DNA of 64,000 bases, taken from positions 7,998,001 to 8,062,000 of the forward strand of contig OZ024740.1 of the NCBI GenBank assembly GCA_964016885.1, written 5' to 3'. This DNA is from Eledone cirrhosa (lineage: Eukaryota). Under the pieces are notes generated by a model. That model searched no databases and was not told the origin of the DNA. It saw only the letters and a list, made by a program, of their open reading frames with translations. Of this stretch, positions 58,301 to 64,000 are shown piece after piece (within the stretch, counting starts at the first letter, position 1; each line of letters opens with the position of its first letter). The position numbers and the translations under genes were made by a program.

Positions 58301-61300
58301 GTATGTCAGTTTCGATTGGTATATCAGCTTCTATTGGTATGTCAGTTTCAATTAGTATATCAGTTTCTATTGGTATGTCAGTTTCTATTGCTATATCAGT
58401 TTCTATTGGTATATCAGTTTCGATTGGTAAATCAGTTTCGATGGTATGTCAGTTTCGATTGGTATGTCAGTTTCTATTGGTATATCAGTTTCGATTGATA
58501 TATCAGTTTCGATTAGTATGTCAATTTCTACTGGTATGTCAGTTTCAATTAGTATATCAGTTTCTATTGGTATGTCAGTTTCTATTGGTATGTCAGTTTC
58601 TATTGGTATATCAGCTGCGATTAGTATATCAGTTTCGATTAGTATGTCAGTTTCTATTGGTATGTCAGTTTCAATTGGTATGTCAGTTTTGATTGGTATA
58701 TCAGTTTCTATTGGTATGTCAGTTTTTATTATTATATCACTTTCTATTGGTATGACAGTTTCGATTGGTATGTCAGTTTCGATTGGTATATAAGTTTCTA
58801 TTGGTATATCAGTTTCCATTGGTATGTCATATTCGATTGGTATGTCAGTATTGATTGGTATATGAGTTTCTACTGATATGTCAGTTTCGATTAGTATATC
58901 AGTTTCTATTGGTATGTCAGTTTCTATTGGTATATCAGTTTTGATTGGTATATCAGTTCCGATTGGTATGTCAATTTATATTGGTATATCAGTTTTTATT
59001 GGTATGTCAGTTGTGATTGGTATATTAGTTTCTATTGGTATGTCAGTTTCTATTGGTATGTCAGTTTCGATTGGTATGTCAGTTTCGATTGGTATATCAG
59101 CTTCGATTGGTATGTTAGTTTCGATTGGTATGTCAATTTCGATTGGTATATTACTTTCTACTGGTATTGCAGTTTCAATTAATATATCAGCTTCTATTGG
59201 TATGTCAGATTCAATTAGTATATCAGTTTCTATTGGTATGTCAGTTTCGATTGGTATGTTAGTCCTCGAATTGTATGTCAGTTTCTATTGGTATATCAGT
59301 TTCGATTGGTATGTCAATTTCAATTAGTATATCAGTTTCTATAGGTATGTCAGTTTCTATTGGTATGTCAGTTTCTATTGCTATATCAGTTTCTATTGGT
59401 ATATCAGTTTCGATTGGTATGGCAGTTTCGATTAGTATATCAGTTTCTATAGGTATGTCAGTTTCTATTGGTATATCAGTTTCGATTGGTATATCAGTTT
59501 CTATGGTATGTCAGTTTCGTTTGGTATGTCAGTTTCTATTGGTATATCAGTTTCGATTGATATATCCATTTCGATTAGTTTGTCAGTCTCTACTGGTATG
59601 TCAGTTTCGATTAGTATATCAGTTTCTATTGGTATGTCAGTTTCGATTGATATGTCAGTTTCTATTTGTATATCAGTTTCGATTGGTATATCAGTTTCTA
59701 TTGGTATATCAGATTCAATTAGTATATCAGTTTCGATTAGTATGTCAGTTTCTATTGTTATGACAGTTTCGATTGTTATGTCAGTTTCGATTGGTATATA
59801 AGTTTCTATTGGTATATCAGTTTCCATTGTTATGTCACATTCGATTGGAATGTCAGTTTCTATTGGTATATCAGTTTCGATTGGTAGCTCAGTTTCTATT
59901 GGTATAACAGTTTCGATTAGTATATCAGTTTCTATTGGTATGTTTGTTTCTATTGGTATATCAGTTTCGATTGGTATGTCAGTTTCGATTGGTATGTCAG
60001 TTTCAATTGGTATATCAGTTTCGATTGGTATATCAGTTTAGATTGGTATGTAAGTTTCGATTGGGATGTCAGTTTTGATTGGTATATCAGTTTCTATTGG
60101 TATATCAGTTTCTATTGTTATGTCAGTTTCTATTGGTATATCAGTTTTGATTGGTATGTAAGTTTTGATTGGTATATTAGTTTCGATTGGTATGTCAGTT
60201 TCGATTAGTATGTCAATTTCTACTGGTATGTCAGTTTCAATTAGTATATCAGTTTCTATTGGTATGTCATTTTCGATTGGGATGTCTGTTTCGATTGCTT
60301 TGTCAGTTTCGATTGGTATATCAGTTTCGAATGGTATGTCAATCTCGATTGGTATGTCAGTTTCGATTGGTATATCAGCTTCTATTGGTATGTCAGTTTC
60401 AATTAGTATATCAGTTTCTATTGGTATGTCAGTTTCTATTGGTATATCAGTTTCGATTGGTAAATCAGTTTCGATGGTATGTCAGTTTCGATTGGTATGT
60501 CAGTTTCTATTGGTATATCAGTTTCGATTGATATATCAGTTTCGATTAGTATGTCAATTTCTACTGGTATGTCAGTTTCAATTAGTATATCAGTTTCTAT
60601 TGGTATGTCAGTTTCTATTGGTATGTCAGTTTCTATTGGTATATCAGCTGCGATTAGTATATCAGTTTCGATTAGTATGTCAGTTTCTATTGGTATGTCA
60701 GTTTCAATTGGTATGTCAGTTTTGATTGGTATATGAGTTTCTACTGATATGTCAGTTTCGATTAGTATATCAGTTTCTATTGGTATGTCAGTTTCTATTG
60801 GTATATCAATTTTGATTGGTATATCAGTTTCGATTGGTATGTCAATTTATATTGGTATATCAGTTTTTATTGGTATGTCAGTTGTGATTGGTATATTAGT
60901 TTCTATTGGTATGTCAGTTTCGATTGATATGTCAGTTTTGATTGGTATATCAGTTCCGGTTGGTATGTCAGTTTCGATTGGTATGTCAGTTTCGATTGGT
61001 ATATCAGCTTCGATTGGTATGTCAGTTTCGATTGGTATGTCAATTTCGATTGATATATTACTTTCTACTGGTATTGCAGTTTCAATTAATATATCAGTTT
61101 CTATTGGTATGTCAGATTCAATTAGTATATCAGTTTCTATTGGTATGTCAGTTTCGATTGGTATGTTAGTCCTCGAATTATATGTCAGTTTCTATTGGTA
61201 TATCAGTTTCGATTCGTATGTCAATTTCAATTAGTATATCAGTTTCTATAGGTATGTCAGTTTCTATTGGTATGTCAGTTTCTATTGCTATATCAGTTTC

Positions 61301-64000
61301 TATTGGTATATCAGTTTCGATTGGTATGTCAGTTTCGATTAGTATATCAGTTTCTATAGGTATGTCAGTTTCTATTGGTATATCAGTTTCGATTGGTATA
61401 TCAGTTTCTATGGTATGTCAGTTTCGTTTGGTATGTCAGTTTCTATTGGTATATCAGTTTCGATTGACATATCAGTTTTGATTAGTATGTCAGTTTCTAC
61501 TGGTATGTCAGTTTCGATTAGTATATCAGTTTCTATTGGTATGTCAGTTTCGATTGATATGTCAGTTTCTATTTGTATATCAGTTTCGATTGGTATATCA
61601 GTTTCTATTGGTATATCAGATTCAATTAGTATATCAGTTTCGATTAGTATGTCAGTTTCTATTGGTATGACAGTTTCGATAGTTATGTCAGTTTCGATTG
61701 GTATATAAGTTTCTATTGGTATATCAGTTTCCATTGTTATGTCACATTCGATTGGAATGTCAGTTTCTATTGGTATATCAGTTTCGATTGGTAGGTCAGT
61801 TTCTATTGGTATATCAGTTTCGATTAGTATATCAGTTTCTATTGGTATGTCTGTTTCTATTGGTATATCAGTTTCGATTGGTATGTCAGTTTCGATTGGT
61901 ATGTCAGTTTCAATTGGTTTATTAGTTTCGATTGGTACATCAGTTTAGATTGGTATGTAAGTTTCGATTGGGATGTCAGTTTTGATTGGTATATCAGTTT
62001 CTATTGGTATATCAGTTTCTATTGTTATGTCAGTTTCTATTGGTATATCAGTTTTGATTGGTATATTAGTTTCGATTGGTATGTCAGTTTCTATTGGTAT
62101 ATCAGTTTTTATTGGTATGTAAGTTTTGATTGGTATATTAGTTTCGATTGGTATGTCAGTTTCGATTAGTATGTCAATTTCTACTGGTATGTCAGTTTCA
62201 ATTAGTATATCAGTTTCTATTGGTATGTCATTTTCGATTGGTATGTCAGTTTCGATTGCTTTGTCAGTTTCGATTGGTATATCAGTTTCGAATGGTATGT
62301 CAATCTCGATTGGTATGTCAGTTTCGATTGGTATATCAGCTTCTATTGGTATGTCAGTTTCAATTAGTATATCAGTTTCTATTGGTATGTCAGTTTCTAT
62401 TGCTATATCAGTTTCTATTGGTATATCAGTTTCGATTGGTAAATCAGTTTCGATGGTATGTCAGTTTCGATTGGTATGTCAGTTTCTATTGGTATATCAG
62501 TTTCGATTGATATATCAGTTTCGATTAGTATGTCAATTTCTACTGGTATGTCAGTTTCAATTAGTATATCAGTTTCTATTGGTATGTCAGTTTCTATTGG
62601 TATGTCAGTTTCTATTGGTATATCAGCTGCGATTAGTATATCAGTTTCGATTAGTATGTCAGTTTCTATTGGTATGTCAGTTTCAATTGGAATGTCAGTT
62701 TTGATTGGTATATCAGTTTCTATTGGTATGTCAGTTTTTATTATTATATCACTTTCTATTGGTATGACAGTTTCGATTGGTATGTCAGTTTCGATTGGTA
62801 TATAAGTTTCTATTGGTATATCAGTTTCCATTGGTATGTCATATTCGATTGGTATGTCAGTATTGATTGGTATATGAGTTTCTACTGATATGTCAGTTTC
62901 GATTAGTATATCAGTTTCTATTGGTATGTCAGTTTCTATTGGTATATCAGTTTTGATTGGTATATCAGTTCAGATTGGTATGTCAATTTATATTGGTATA
63001 TCAGTTTTTATTGGTATGTCAGTTGTGATTGGTATATTAGTTTCTATTGGTATGTCAGTTTCTATTGGTATGTCAGTTTCGATTGGTATGTCAGTTTCGA
63101 TTGGTATATCAGCTTCGATTGGTATGTTAGTTTCGATTGGTATGTCAATTTCGATTGGTATATTACTTTCTACTGGTATTGCAGTTTCAATTAATATATC
63201 AGCTTCTATTGGTATGTCAGATTCAATTAGTATATCAGTTTCTATTGGTATGTCAGTTTCGATTGGTATGTTAGTCCTCGAATTGTATGTCAGTTTCTAT
63301 TGGTATATCAGTTTCGATTGGTATGTCAATTTCAATTAGTATATCAGTTTCTATAGGTATGTCAGTTTCTATTGGTATGTCAGTTTCTATTGCTATATCA
63401 GTTTCTATTGGTATATCAGTTTCGATTGGTATGGCAGTTTCGATTAGTATATCAGTTTCTATAGGTATGTCAGTTTCTATTGGTATATCAGTTTCGATTG
63501 GTATATCAGTTTCTATGGTATGTCAGTTTCGTTTGGTATGTCAGTTTCTATTGGTATATCAGTTTCGATTGATATATCCATTTCGATTAGTTTGTCAGTC
63601 TCTACTGGTATGTCAGTTTCGATTAGTATATCAGTTTCTATTGGTATGTCAGTTTCGATTGATATGTCAGTTTCTATTTGTATATCAGTTTCGATTGGTA
63701 TATCAGTTTCTATTGGTATATCAGATTCAATTAGTATATCAGTTTCGATTAGTATGTCAGTTTCTATTGTTATGACAGTTTCGATTGTTATGTCAGTTTC
63801 GATTGGTATATAAGTTTCTATTGGTATATCAGTTTCCATTGTTATGTCACATTCGATTGGAATGTCAGTTTCTATTGGTATATCAGTTTCGATTGGTAGG
63901 TCAGTTTCTATTGGTATATCAGTTTCGATTAGTATATCAGTTTCTATTGGTATGTCTGTTTCTATTGGTATATCAGTTTCGATTGGTATGTCAGTTTCAA
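55310..64000 (+). repeat. HOR domain of alternating about 1.9-kb and 2105-bp units forming a 4012-bp dimer
   Basis: 19-bp landmark monomers at 55310, 57145, 59250, 61157 and 63262 (spacings 1835, 2105, 1907, 2105). Identical ORFs at offset 4012 (56153/60165, 57727/61739, 59275/63287). 4012 = 223x18-2, matching two 19-bp and four 17-bp monomers. Domain-specific variants: TCACATTCG, CAGCTGCG, GTTGTGATT, TTACTTTCT. Confidence 0.93.

Larger units (their letters stand above)
1..64000 (+). repeat. Satellite DNA array, 18-bp monomer ATTGGTATRTCAGTTTCK, about 3,550 copies, probably extending beyond both window edges
   Basis: Every line of the sequence parses into this monomer, usually with 0-3 substitutions. 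All ORF translations have a 6-aa period. No inversion or non-repeat insert was seen. The consensus is strongly strand-skewed (about 8.5 T, 3.5 A, 4 G, 2 C per 18 nt; about 33% GC). Confidence 0.99.

Noticed and set aside
24-63839. Hundreds of 60-365-aa ORFs on both strands, including hydrophobic (IGMSVS)n ORFs that resemble membrane proteins
   Set aside because: An 18-bp unit with stop-free frames produces ORFs automatically. They overlap in several frames, have no unique domain, and are cut by stops and frameshifting monomers. None is called as a CDS.
1-64000. CRISPR array, with the 19-bp landmark or the partially palindromic monomer as the direct repeat
   Set aside because: There are no unique spacers, leader or cas genes, and the intervening sequence is the same satellite.
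1-64000. Telomerase-type telomeric repeat, suggested by the T/G-skewed strand
   Set aside because: There are no G-tracts, and the array is highly degenerate with kilobase HORs that indicate recombinational amplification. A subtelomeric location cannot be excluded.
1-64000. Deliberate or functional 2-bit code in the A/G and G/T alleles, or a diversity-generating cassette system
   Set aside because: The allele order is inherited through block duplications along with rare point variants, as expected for satellite evolution. No recombinase, reverse transcriptase or expression locus is present in the window.
1-64000. Centromere assignment or a named satellite family
   Set aside because: I do not recognise the monomer. 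An assignment would need CENH3/CENP-A ChIP, chromosomal position or a Dfam/Repbase search.
1-64000. Promoter-like motifs (CCAAT on the minus strand in every monomer, occasional TATATAA), tRNA/rRNA, transposon ends
   Set aside because: The short motifs are by-products of the monomer and its point variants. No non-satellite sequence exists to support such features.

Overview
The whole 64-kb window is one uninterrupted, single-orientation, head-to-tail satellite (tandem repeat) array. The monomer is 18 bp, consensus ATTGGTAT(A/G)TCAGTTTC(G/T), giving about 3,550 copies (64000/18). I found no unique sequence, gene, RNA gene, transposon or CRISPR array. All ORFs in the track are translations of the monomer (IGISVS/IGMSVS, LVYQFR, WYISFD on +; IETDIP, YQSKLT on -), broken by stops and by 16-, 17-, 19- and 20-bp indel monomers. 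The information lies in the order of variant monomers, which shows nested higher-order repeats (HORs): about 1.75 kb (1-5 kb), about 1-2.3 kb (5-19 kb), about 7.1-7.6 kb (20-34.5 kb), a near-perfect 5.7/5.8-kb tandem duplication built from about 2-kb subunits (37.6-49.2 kb), and a 4012-bp A/B dimer (55.3-64 kb). Four points stand out. The monomer is an imperfect palindrome whose mismatches are almost all G.T on the + strand. Both major polymorphisms are synonymous in the minus-strand IETDIP frame. A 19-bp landmark monomer recurs with a conserved flanking cassette. CpG-decay-type variants occur at the TCGA junction. The source is probably eukaryotic heterochromatin (inference), and I cannot identify the organism or the satellite family. 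I see no supportable novel gene system. Offsets were derived by hand from the ORF track and marker monomers, and block boundaries are approximate.
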